DNA of 64,000 nt. Source: Candidatus Latescibacterota bacterium (GTDB lineage Bacteria; Latescibacterota; UBA2968; UBA8231). A model generated the notes under the pieces. The model was not told where the DNA came from, did not search any database, and saw only the letters and a list, made by a program, of their open reading frames with translations. Position 1 is the stretch's first letter. Every line of letters begins with the position of its first letter. Made by a program: the position numbers and the translations under genes. Below, piece by piece: positions 50,394 to 58,974 of the stretch. The stretch lies in the NCBI GenBank assembly GCA_965242865.1, contig CBDETK010000013.1:4576001-4640000 (forward strand), given 5' to 3'.

Positions 50394-51365
50394 TTGAAAG
50401 CCATCAAAACGAATGAGAAGGGGTCGGCTGAGGTGCTGGTCGCGTTTGTTTTTTTAGGGCTGATGCTATGGATGACAGTAGGCTCAGTTAAACCGGCTCT
50501 GGCGCATTATCCCGCAGGAGTGGCCTACAGAGCTTTTCAATTTCCCGACCACTTGGTCCCCGCCATTGACGGAGACTTGAAAGATTGGGAAGTTGTAGGC
50601 GACTCTTACGTCGTATTAACGGATCAGTTTCACGATCTAATTAGTCCAGAAGTTGAGGCGAGTGATTCGGATGATTTTGCTGCTCGTCTCATGGTAGGGT
50701 GGAACAAAGCGGAGAACAGAATTTACATAGCCGCTCAGGTCCGCGATGATATACACCAAATCGATCGTCCCGCTGGCAGTGCTACGATGCTTTTCCAAGA
50801 CGACGCGATGGAATTGTTTATTGACGCGGACCACTCAGGTGGACAATTTGCGAATTTCACCGAGTTGAGCCACGAAGAGCAGAGGCGGCGCAACGGGGCT
50901 GAGGCCAACCATTTCGTTTTGGCTGGCCCGCCGCCCGACGAGGATTTTTTCGTCAACTTTTCCGCCGCCGCTTGGTACGCGCTACCCGATGGCCCCTATT
51001 CCGGCGCGGCGGTCGAGTTTATCGGTGTCTTGGGAGGAGAGGGCGTGACGAATTACGAAGTCATGCTCGTGCCATTTGATCGGGTCGATATCAATGCGGT
51101 CTTTCAAAGCGAAGAGCATATCTTGCAAGAAAATGAAATCCTTGGTTTTAACGTAGAGTTTAACGACTTCGACGTGCATTCAGAGCTTTTTGACGCTAAA
51201 TGGTCGCTTTCGGGCCAACACAATTCTTATCGCTTTTCCGATCGCTTTACCGACTTGATCCTAATGCCACTAGAGGGTACTTTTACGGCTGTGGAGCCGA
51301 GGTCTTGGGGGCGTTTGAAAGCCTCTTTGCACACAGAGCAGTACCATCAAGGAGTTTCTGAATGA
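50394..51365 (+). CDS. Exported CBM9/DOMON-like protein, paralog of 23543, with WGxxK motif (true start possibly 50433)
   Basis: PAIDGDLKDW, VGWN, QDDAMELFIDADHSGG; AVEPRSWGRLKASL. Confidence 0.78.
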   Translation: MKAIKTNEKGSAEVLVAFVFLGLMLWMTVGSVKPALAHYPAGVAYRAFQFPDHLVPAIDGDLKDWEVVGDSYVVLTDQFHDLISPEVEASDSDDFAARLMVGWNKAENRIYIAAQVRDDIHQIDRPAGSATMLFQDDAMELFIDADHSGGQFANFTELSHEEQRRRNGAEANHFVLAGPPPDEDFFVNFSAAAWYALPDGPYSGAAVEFIGVLGGEGVTNYEVMLVPFDRVDINAVFQSEEHILQENEILGFNVEFNDFDVHSELFDAKWSLSGQHNSYRFSDRFTDLILMPLEGTFTAVEPRSWGRLKASLHTEQYHQGVSE

Positions 51366-52111
51366 TGAGTCCCACACGAGTATTATTATTCTTGGCCTTG
51401 GTTATCGGCTCGGGTGTGCTAGGCTGTGGATATAGCTATTACACGGGGCCATTGCAGCCCGGCCAAGATCAGGCCTCGTTGATCAGCGTGGCAGATGACG
51501 GGACCTTGACCTTTGCCCAAGATCGTTTTGAAGTGCGACTTAAGCCGATGACCGATGAAGAATTGAATCGCCAGTTTTTCAATAATTCCCAAGCAGGTCC
51601 TAAGTCCACAAACCCCTATACCTTTGGCAACACGGTATTTTGGGGGACGGATAAAGAAAAACAGCGATTTACCGTCTTCCGTCTCAGCGTTAAGAATTAC
51701 GCCTACCCCAAAGTCAGAATTGATCCGAGCAAAATCGTCGTCAAAGCGAGCAATAATCGCGAGTATTGGAGCCTCAACTTTGAGCAGCTCGACACGTATT
51801 ATCGCGCCTATGCCATAGGTTATAGAGGCAATGAATATGCCCGCTACCAAGAACGTCGCGACTTGCTGCGGCGGACGATGCTCAAAGACGAGGAGATCTT
51901 CAGCGGTCAAGAGACGGAGGGCTTCGTTGTTTTCCCCGTGCTCCACCCCGACGTGAGTGATATCGAAGTCCAAGTGCTCAATGTAATCCTGCGATTTGAC
52001 TTTCGCAACGAGCCGGTGGAGACCACCAATATTTCCTATAAATTCGTCCGAGATATCGGCAAAGTTTACAAGGACGGCACGGTCGTCCCTAGAGTTGCTA
52101 AGGCAAACTAG
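51362..52111 (+). CDS. Lipoprotein, paralog of 33271..34029
   Basis: Lipobox VLGC; shared motifs PMTDEELNRQF, NPYTFGN, QRFTVFRL, RFDF. Confidence 0.8.
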   Translation: MMSPTRVLLFLALVIGSGVLGCGYSYYTGPLQPGQDQASLISVADDGTLTFAQDRFEVRLKPMTDEELNRQFFNNSQAGPKSTNPYTFGNTVFWGTDKEKQRFTVFRLSVKNYAYPKVRIDPSKIVVKASNNREYWSLNFEQLDTYYRAYAIGYRGNEYARYQERRDLLRRTMLKDEEIFSGQETEGFVVFPVLHPDVSDIEVQVLNVILRFDFRNEPVETTNISYKFVRDIGKVYKDGTVVPRVAKAN

Positions 52112-52154
52112 CCTTTAAGCCTTTAAGCGAGATTACCAAGGAGGAGTTGGCATT

Positions 52155-53117
52155 ATGAAATCTCTGAAAATGCTTAGTGTTTTAGTCGGCTTGCTGTTAG
52201 TCGCCCAATCAAGCGAAGGGGTTGTGAACATTCAGAATGTCGGTTCGGGTGCTCGGGCGCAGGGGTTGGGCAACAGCTTCGTGGCGGTGGCAGACAATGC
52301 GGATGCCGTGTTTGCCAACCCGGCGGGGTTGGGTCAGGTGTCGGGTCGTCAGGTTTCCTACACGAACGTGTCGCTGTTGTATGTGGGAATTGACGGCAAT
52401 GATCTGGGGCAACACGTGGTTTCGTACGCGCAGCCGCTGGGCGACAAGCTGGGGCTGGGGTTGGGCTATGAGCGGATCGGCTCGTCGCTGATGAGCGAGA
52501 ACGGGGCGTTTGTGTCGGTGTCGTATCAGGTGCAGCGTCGGCTGCAGGTGGGGGTGTCGGCCAAGTATTTGTTTTGGAGTGTCGGCGCGATTCCCCCCGA
52601 TCCCGATAATGGGCGGGAGGATCCGGTATCAAACAAGAGCGCGGGCAATGTGGGCTTGGATTTGGGGTTGTTGTGGCAGAGTCCGGTGGCTGGGGCGCAG
52701 GTGGGGGTGTTGTTGAAGAACATCAATCAGCCGAATGTGAAGTGGGGCGAGGTCAAAGACGCCAGCGGCCAGGTGGATTCGGATGCGGGTGGGTTGCCGA
52801 TGGATGTGCATATTGGAGTGGGCTATCGTCTGAGCAGCCAGTCGTTGGTGTCGGTTCAGTATGTGCGTCACGATGCGACGGGGGATGGTTCGGACAACAG
52901 GGTGGTGGTTGGGGGGGAGACGCAGTTGTTGGAGGGGCTGGTGTTGCGTGCGGGGGGTCGTCGCTTGCTGTCGGATTCAGAGGATTCGGGTGCGGGCTTG
53001 AACGCGGGGTTGGGGTATCAGTGGAACCAGTTGGTATTCGATTATGCCTATGACATCGGCTTGGAGTTGACCGATACCAATGGAGCGCACCGGTTCTCCT
53101 TTGCCTACGAATTCTAA
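52155..53117 (+). CDS. PorV/PorQ (FadL-like) family outer-membrane protein
   Basis: GARAQGLGNSFVAVADNADAVFANPAGL, DLG, NINQP, LRAG, FDYAY, HRFSFAYEF. Confidence 0.85.
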   Translation: MKSLKMLSVLVGLLLVAQSSEGVVNIQNVGSGARAQGLGNSFVAVADNADAVFANPAGLGQVSGRQVSYTNVSLLYVGIDGNDLGQHVVSYAQPLGDKLGLGLGYERIGSSLMSENGAFVSVSYQVQRRLQVGVSAKYLFWSVGAIPPDPDNGREDPVSNKSAGNVGLDLGLLWQSPVAGAQVGVLLKNINQPNVKWGEVKDASGQVDSDAGGLPMDVHIGVGYRLSSQSLVSVQYVRHDATGDGSDNRVVVGGETQLLEGLVLRAGGRRLLSDSEDSGAGLNAGLGYQWNQLVFDYAYDIGLELTDTNGAHRFSFAYEF

Positions 53118-53170
53118 AACCAAAAAGCCCCCGATGAACTCCAAATTAGTATAGACAAGGAGATGCACAA

Positions 53171-56100
53171 ATGACGGTCTGGGCCGGACTTATCGCGCTG
53201 GGATTGGGGCTAGGAGCTAGCCTTTTTCTGCCGGTGCCGCAAAATCTGAAGACCAGTTTTGACGCCGGACAATCTCTCTATGCCCTTGGCGAGTTTGAAG
53301 GGGCGATCATTGAGTATTCAAAGATCGTCAAGTTTGATAGCAGGGCCGTGCGCACCGATAGTGTACGGGTGATGTTTGGCAACGACTTGGAATTACCCGT
53401 AGTCGCGGCGGCTTGGTATCAGCTAGGCAATGCTTACAAAAAGAGCGGACAGCACGAAAAAGCGGTGGAGGCCTACCGCCAAGTTATTGATGTAGGGAGC
53501 GTGGCCGAGGATTTCAAGTCGTTAGTGCAGTTCCAAGTCGCCGAGACCCGCTTCCTCGCCAAAGAGTACGGCGAGGCCGCAAAGGAATACAAGCGCTATG
53601 TCGAGTTGTTTCCCGAAACGAAGGAAGCCGGCAAGGCGTATTTTTACGCGGGCTGGAGCGAGTTTAATACCAAAGAATACGACCAGTCCATCGAAACGCT
53701 CAACGGCATGTTGGCGGCTTATCCGCAAGATCGCTACGCGCCGGATTCTCAGTTCCGCATCGCCAGTGCGCTTTATGAGAAGGGCGATTACGCCCAAGCC
53801 GTTGAGATGACCCAGGTAGTCCTCGACAAGTATCCCAATAGTCCGGTCATTGCCCAAGCCCTCTATCTGAAGGCCAATGCCTATGACCAGATGGGGCGCG
53901 ACGCGGAGGCGATTAAAGCCTACCGCGATGTGCGCGACCTCTACGACCGGATGTTTGAACTCTTGCGCGGCTCGTTCCGCGAGGGTAAGAACGTCGATTT
54001 TGAAAACTATCGACAGCTTTTTGAGACCTCCTCATTGCGCGTCGCTGAGATTTTCCGTAAAACAGACCAGTTTGAGGAAGCCTATCAAGAGTTGATCGCG
54101 GCCCAAGAAACCGCTGAGGAGCGCTTTTATAAGGCCAAGGTGCAGATGAGAATCGGCGACAACTACATGGAGTGGAATAAGTTCGACGAGGCATGGACCG
54201 CTTATAACCAAGTGATCGAACTCTACGGGGATACGCCGTACCCACCTAACGCTCAGTATCAGAAAGGCGAAGCTAAATACTTCGCCGGAGACTACGCGGC
54301 TGCCCGTGAAGACTACCTCCAACTGTTGGAAGACTACCCGGACAGCGATACGGGTTTGCGCTCCGCAGCACTCTACAGCGCAGGTTGGTCCGCTGAGAAA
54401 TTCGGCGGGGTGGACCAAGCTATCGCAAGCTATACGCAAGCAGTGGACAACTTCCCCCGCTCCGATCAAGCTCCGTTGTGCTTGTTGCGCATTGCTCGGC
54501 TCAGCTACGAGCAGCAGAAAGTCGATGAGGCCATTGAAGCCTACAAGGCCATAACGGAGAGCTATCAGGATACGCGGCATACGGCTGATGCGTACTATGG
54601 CCTTGGTATTCTCTACCGCGACGAGGATCGGAAAGACGAGGCCGTTGCTGCTTTTTCCAAAGTGGACCGCGACGCCCGCGAGACGTACATCGCCGCGCTG
54701 ATTGAGGCGGCCAATATCTATATTTCCCAAGATCGCACTGCCGAGGGGCGTGCGTTGCTCAATCAATTGCTGGAAGGTGTAACCGGCGACCGCGACTTGG
54801 AGGCTAGGGCCCATTTCCAGATGGCCCAACTCGACCTCAACAACAAAAACTACGTCGACGCAGTCGAGCGTTACAGCTTGGTGCTTGAAGAATACCCAGA
54901 GAGCGATGTCATTCGCGATACCCGCTACGGTCGTGCATTGGCCTATCACTATTCGGGCCGCTACGACCGTGCGCTGGTCGATTACAAGTGGCTATTGGAC
55001 ACCAAAATTCCCAAGGCTATGCAGCTAAAGGTCACGTTCTCAATGGCCCTCTCGTACTCTGCGGAAGGCAACGACGAAGAGGCCGAGAAGCTGCTAAACG
55101 AAGTCGTTGCTTCAGGGGACGAGAGCTTGGTGCGTTCGGCGAGGTTGCAGCTGATCTCAATGGCCGAAAAGAAGGGCAATCCAGAGGAAGCCGTACATAT
55201 CTACGAGGAGATGTTGGCTACTACTACCTCTAGCGAAGACCGGGAGCGTTTACTCATTCGCTTGGCCAATGCCTACTTCAAATTGGATAAGTTTCAACAG
55301 AGCATTGATGCGGCTCAGGAGCTAATTGACTTGGCCATCAATGCCGAGAGCATTGCCAACGCACTCTTCGTCCAAGGCAACTGCTTCTATAAGTCGGAGC
55401 AATTCGTCCAAGCGATTGCTACTTATAACACCATTATCGAAAATTACCCGCAGATTGCTTGGGCCAGAAACGCTCAGTTCCAGATCGGCGTAGCGTATAA
55501 CAGGCTATCGGCCAACGGCAATGTCGAAGTACTTCCAGCCATGTCAAAGGCGTTCAATGCCTATTACACTCAATATCCCGAAGATGACCGCGCGGTGCAT
55601 GCCTACTACTACGATGCTTGGGCGCATTATCGGATGGGTAAATGGCGCGCTGCCAGCGATATTTTTGCCAGCCTAGCAAATAAGTATCCTCAGTCTCGCT
55701 ATGCCTCTGAGGCACTCTTTCGCGCTGGTGATGCCCTGTTTAACATGACCAACCGGAGCGGCGCAGAGAACAAAAACCAGAACTTCCTAGACGCCATGGT
55801 TTTCTACAACCGCATCATTAAGGGCTATCCTAGGTCGAGTCATGTGGACGACGCGCTTTACAACAAGGCTTGGTGCCTGATCAACCTTGACCGGAAGGAA
55901 GAGGCAGTGCCCGTCTTCGAGCGCATCGTTGCGGATCATTCCGATGGGACTTATGGGGCACGCAGCCAATTTACGCTCGGAGATTACTATTACGGCCTCA
56001 AGGACTATGAGAAGGCCACCGAGAGCTACCAAGCTTTCTTGGAGCGCTTTCCCGCTGATAAGCTGATTGCCCAAGATCGAGTGCTGCCCAAAAAGGCGAG

Positions 56101-56416
56101 AACCCTGCTCGGGCATTTGGCTGAGATCGATGCCTACAATCTTTATGCAACGGGCGAAAAGCTCTTAGCTGAGAAGAACTACGACGAGGCCATGGCGATT
56201 TTCAAGGAGGTGCAGCAGAAGTACCCCAAGAGCGACCAAGCTGTCAACTCGCTGGTCAACATCGGTGCTGCCTATATGGCCCAAGAGGAATTCCGCCAAG
56301 CCGGTGCTGTCTTTCAGGAGGTCGTCGATAACTATGGCGACAGTCCCAAGTACAGGACGCAGGTGGATTATGCCAGAGAGCAGCTAGAGGTAATGCAGGA
56401 AGCTCGCGTCCTATAA
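53171..56416 (+). CDS. Very large TPR protein (BamD/CpoB-type repeats)
   Basis: 1081 aa; repeated YPxS..A.aqf.ig units; N-terminal TM or signal sequence. Confidence 0.88.
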   Translation: MTVWAGLIALGLGLGASLFLPVPQNLKTSFDAGQSLYALGEFEGAIIEYSKIVKFDSRAVRTDSVRVMFGNDLELPVVAAAWYQLGNAYKKSGQHEKAVEAYRQVIDVGSVAEDFKSLVQFQVAETRFLAKEYGEAAKEYKRYVELFPETKEAGKAYFYAGWSEFNTKEYDQSIETLNGMLAAYPQDRYAPDSQFRIASALYEKGDYAQAVEMTQVVLDKYPNSPVIAQALYLKANAYDQMGRDAEAIKAYRDVRDLYDRMFELLRGSFREGKNVDFENYRQLFETSSLRVAEIFRKTDQFEEAYQELIAAQETAEERFYKAKVQMRIGDNYMEWNKFDEAWTAYNQVIELYGDTPYPPNAQYQKGEAKYFAGDYAAAREDYLQLLEDYPDSDTGLRSAALYSAGWSAEKFGGVDQAIASYTQAVDNFPRSDQAPLCLLRIARLSYEQQKVDEAIEAYKAITESYQDTRHTADAYYGLGILYRDEDRKDEAVAAFSKVDRDARETYIAALIEAANIYISQDRTAEGRALLNQLLEGVTGDRDLEARAHFQMAQLDLNNKNYVDAVERYSLVLEEYPESDVIRDTRYGRALAYHYSGRYDRALVDYKWLLDTKIPKAMQLKVTFSMALSYSAEGNDEEAEKLLNEVVASGDESLVRSARLQLISMAEKKGNPEEAVHIYEEMLATTTSSEDRERLLIRLANAYFKLDKFQQSIDAAQELIDLAINAESIANALFVQGNCFYKSEQFVQAIATYNTIIENYPQIAWARNAQFQIGVAYNRLSANGNVEVLPAMSKAFNAYYTQYPEDDRAVHAYYYDAWAHYRMGKWRAASDIFASLANKYPQSRYASEALFRAGDALFNMTNRSGAENKNQNFLDAMVFYNRIIKGYPRSSHVDDALYNKAWCLINLDRKEEAVPVFERIVADHSDGTYGARSQFTLGDYYYGLKDYEKATESYQAFLERFPADKLIAQDRVLPKKARTLLGHLAEIDAYNLYATGEKLLAEKNYDEAMAIFKEVQQKYPKSDQAVNSLVNIGAAYMAQEEFRQAGAVFQEVVDNYGDSPKYRTQVDYAREQLEVMQEARVL

Positions 56417-56454
56417 CGTTGATTTCTTTGCGTCCTAACTTAAGGAGGAAAAAA

Positions 56455-57108
56455 ATGATTGAACTTTTTCGAGAAGGCGGACCTTTCATGTATCCTTTGG
56501 GGCTCTGGTCTATGCTTTCCATTGCGTTCTTTCTCGAGCGCATCTGGACTTATGCCCGGCTGCGCTCCGAGGATGAGTTGGCCGAAATCACCAACGATGT
56601 CAATGCGCGTATAGACTCGGGTGCTTCCATTGACCAACTCAAGGAGTACTGCTCCGAGGTCGGCAAGCTGGAAGGTGAGGTGTACGGCGAGGGGCTAGAG
56701 CGCTTTGAGCATTTGTCGCGCGAGCAGCGCACGATGGAGGAGATGCGCGAGGAAATGAACGGCACGGTTGAACGCGCCGCCTTGGGATACCTCGAACGGT
56801 ATCTGGCCGTTATTGACTTCGTCTCCAAATCCGTGGTGTTGCTCGGCCTGCTGGGTACGGTCAATGGTATGATCAATGCGTTTGAAGGTATTGCGGAAAA
56901 GGGTCTCGGTGAGCCGACGATCGTGGCCGCAGGTATCTCCGAAGCACTGATCACCACAGTTACCGGGCTGGTGATCGCCGTGCCTTCAATTGCTATCTTC
57001 ACGTACTTTAGCAACCGCGCCACAGGCAAGGCCGTTGAGTTTGAAGCATACGGCCACGGTTTTGTGGACGCCCTGCTGCGTCGCTGGCAAGGCACTCAGG
57101 CTGCCTAA
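56455..57108 (+). CDS. exbB: MotA/TolQ/ExbB proton-channel family protein
   Basis: GGPFMYPL, LLGLLGTVNGMI, GISEALITTVTGLVIAVP; AAGGAGG RBS. Confidence 0.9.
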   Translation: MIELFREGGPFMYPLGLWSMLSIAFFLERIWTYARLRSEDELAEITNDVNARIDSGASIDQLKEYCSEVGKLEGEVYGEGLERFEHLSREQRTMEEMREEMNGTVERAALGYLERYLAVIDFVSKSVVLLGLLGTVNGMINAFEGIAEKGLGEPTIVAAGISEALITTVTGLVIAVPSIAIFTYFSNRATGKAVEFEAYGHGFVDALLRRWQGTQAA

Positions 57109-57141
57109 AGGCAGCTCTTCCTTTAAGGAGGGATGAGATAG

Positions 57142-57549
57142 ATGGCTCAGAGAGTAGATAAAAAAGAACTGACCATGCCCGACCTGACGCCGATGATCGA
57201 CGTGGTCTTTCAGCTACTCATCTTCTTCATGGTGACTGCTGTGTTCGCCATTACTCCAGGTTTGGACATCAAACTGCCCGAGGCCGAAGAAGCGCAGGCT
57301 CCGGAGAAGGAGAACCTTTTTATCGTCGTGGATCAGGACGGGAACATGAAGCTGAACCACAAATCGGTGACCTTTGCGACCCTCAAAGAGGAACTGCAGG
57401 CCAAGAGGCAGCTACTAGACAACACCACGATGATTATCATCCAAGGCGACGAGCGTTCCACGCACGGACAGATCGTCCAGATCATGGATATTGCTCGCCA
57501 AGTGGGCGTTGTTGATCAGGTCATCGCCACGGAACCGCAGCGCAACTAG
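57142..57549 (+). CDS. exbD: ExbD/TolR family protein
   Basis: LTPMIDVVFQLLIFFMV with the conserved TM Asp; IQGD. Confidence 0.92.
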   Translation: MAQRVDKKELTMPDLTPMIDVVFQLLIFFMVTAVFAITPGLDIKLPEAEEAQAPEKENLFIVVDQDGNMKLNHKSVTFATLKEELQAKRQLLDNTTMIIIQGDERSTHGQIVQIMDIARQVGVVDQVIATEPQRN

Positions 57550-57573
57550 GTCCTTCCAAGAGGGGGAAGAACT

Positions 57574-58935
57574 GTGGTAGACGAGTATAAAAAATCAGTA
57601 CAGGCCCAGCGCCAAAAAACGGCCTATATAGCGGTCGGCGCGGCCCTTTTTATTCACGTACTTTTCATCCTATCTAAGTGGGTGGTGATCGCGGCTGGCT
57701 TGGCGGGTGCCGGGGTGCTGTTATACGCCCTATATACGGCAACCACTGGCCGCCGGCTAAGCATGAGCGTGGCCTTTGTGCTCTCGGTCGCCATTCACGC
57801 TGGCGTCTTCGTTTATGATTATCTCTTTGGCATTGGCGAAGAACAGCAAAAAGAGGAGCTAATAATTTTCCGCGCTCCTCCGCCGATTCTCGAAAAGAAC
57901 TTCGACTTAGCCAAGCGTCCCGAGATATCCGAAGTGCAGATGGAGATGCTACAGTCGATGGCACCGCCGGATTTGTCGCAGGATATATCGGCGATAGCCG
58001 ATGTTAGCGCGGTAGGTAGCGACCTCCTGAGTTCGGTTTTGCCTGGTACGCAGGTTTTAGGGGCCTTCTCAGGGGCCAAGGCCGAGGAGTTGGCCTTTGA
58101 CGAGGTCGCGATGATCGAGCTGGCTGAAACGTCGGCGCCGGTGCAAGAGGCCCTGAGTCTGAGGCACGAATTGCTCAATGTCGGCGACTTGGACATTGGT
58201 CGCTACCAAGCGATCTTGATTCACGATCCAGACAACAAACGCAATATTCGCGGCTTCTTTAACATGACGGTCATCGACTACGACATCGCAGACAAGAACC
58301 GAGATCGGTTCCCAACAGCGGTAGAGGAGTTGATGCGCTATATGCGCGACCATACCCAAATCAATGCCCGCATTGAGGGCACGACCTTGGAGTTTTCGGA
58401 TCCGCGCATCATGGACGCCCCCATGATTTACGTGACGGGATGGGATGCCGTCTTGCAAATCAGCGATACAGAGAAGACCAACTTGGGTGAATATCTCAAG
58501 AACGGTGGTTTTCTCTATGCCGAGGAAATTCGCCATAGCGACGCTGAGAACCAGCTTGAAGGCAAAGAAGCCGGGGTTTCAGGTACGCCGTTTGACCGCC
58601 AATTCAAGGCAACAATGAAAGATCCGCTGGTGCTGGGTAGCGACGGCTCTAAGTGGCAGAAAGTGCCCAAGAGTCACCCGCTGTACTACAGTTTCTGGGA
58701 TTTTCCCGATGGCCCACCCATGGGCGGTGCCCCCGGTGGCAATGTGTTCGACTTGGAGATGCTGGAGTTGCGCGGTCGGGTGGCGGTGGTTTTCAGCGAC
58801 CTGAATATTAGTTGGTATTGGGGTGATCCGCTGGCCGATGCCCGAGAGCGCGGGTTGCAGTTCGGGGTCAACCTAATCGTCTATGCGTTGACCCAGCCGG
58901 GCGGCATCGCCAACGTGACTCAGTTTACCCAATAG
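57574..58935 (+). CDS. Membrane-anchored DUF4159-like protein with a TonB-like SxxxH helix
   Basis: LSVAIHAGV TM helix, PPP linker; PMIYVTG, NLGEYLKNGGFLYA, HPLY, GRVAVVFS, FGVNLIVYALT. Confidence 0.75.
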   Translation: MVDEYKKSVQAQRQKTAYIAVGAALFIHVLFILSKWVVIAAGLAGAGVLLYALYTATTGRRLSMSVAFVLSVAIHAGVFVYDYLFGIGEEQQKEELIIFRAPPPILEKNFDLAKRPEISEVQMEMLQSMAPPDLSQDISAIADVSAVGSDLLSSVLPGTQVLGAFSGAKAEELAFDEVAMIELAETSAPVQEALSLRHELLNVGDLDIGRYQAILIHDPDNKRNIRGFFNMTVIDYDIADKNRDRFPTAVEELMRYMRDHTQINARIEGTTLEFSDPRIMDAPMIYVTGWDAVLQISDTEKTNLGEYLKNGGFLYAEEIRHSDAENQLEGKEAGVSGTPFDRQFKATMKDPLVLGSDGSKWQKVPKSHPLYYSFWDFPDGPPMGGAPGGNVFDLEMLELRGRVAVVFSDLNISWYWGDPLADARERGLQFGVNLIVYALTQPGGIANVTQFTQ

Positions 58936-58974
58936 CACTCTCTAAGCCTTTAAGCGGCAAAGAGATCAGATGCC

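Noticed and set aside
23543-52111. Diversity-generating retroelement acting on the paralogous genes
   Set aside because: No reverse transcriptase, and no near-identical repeat pair differing only at adenines was seen.
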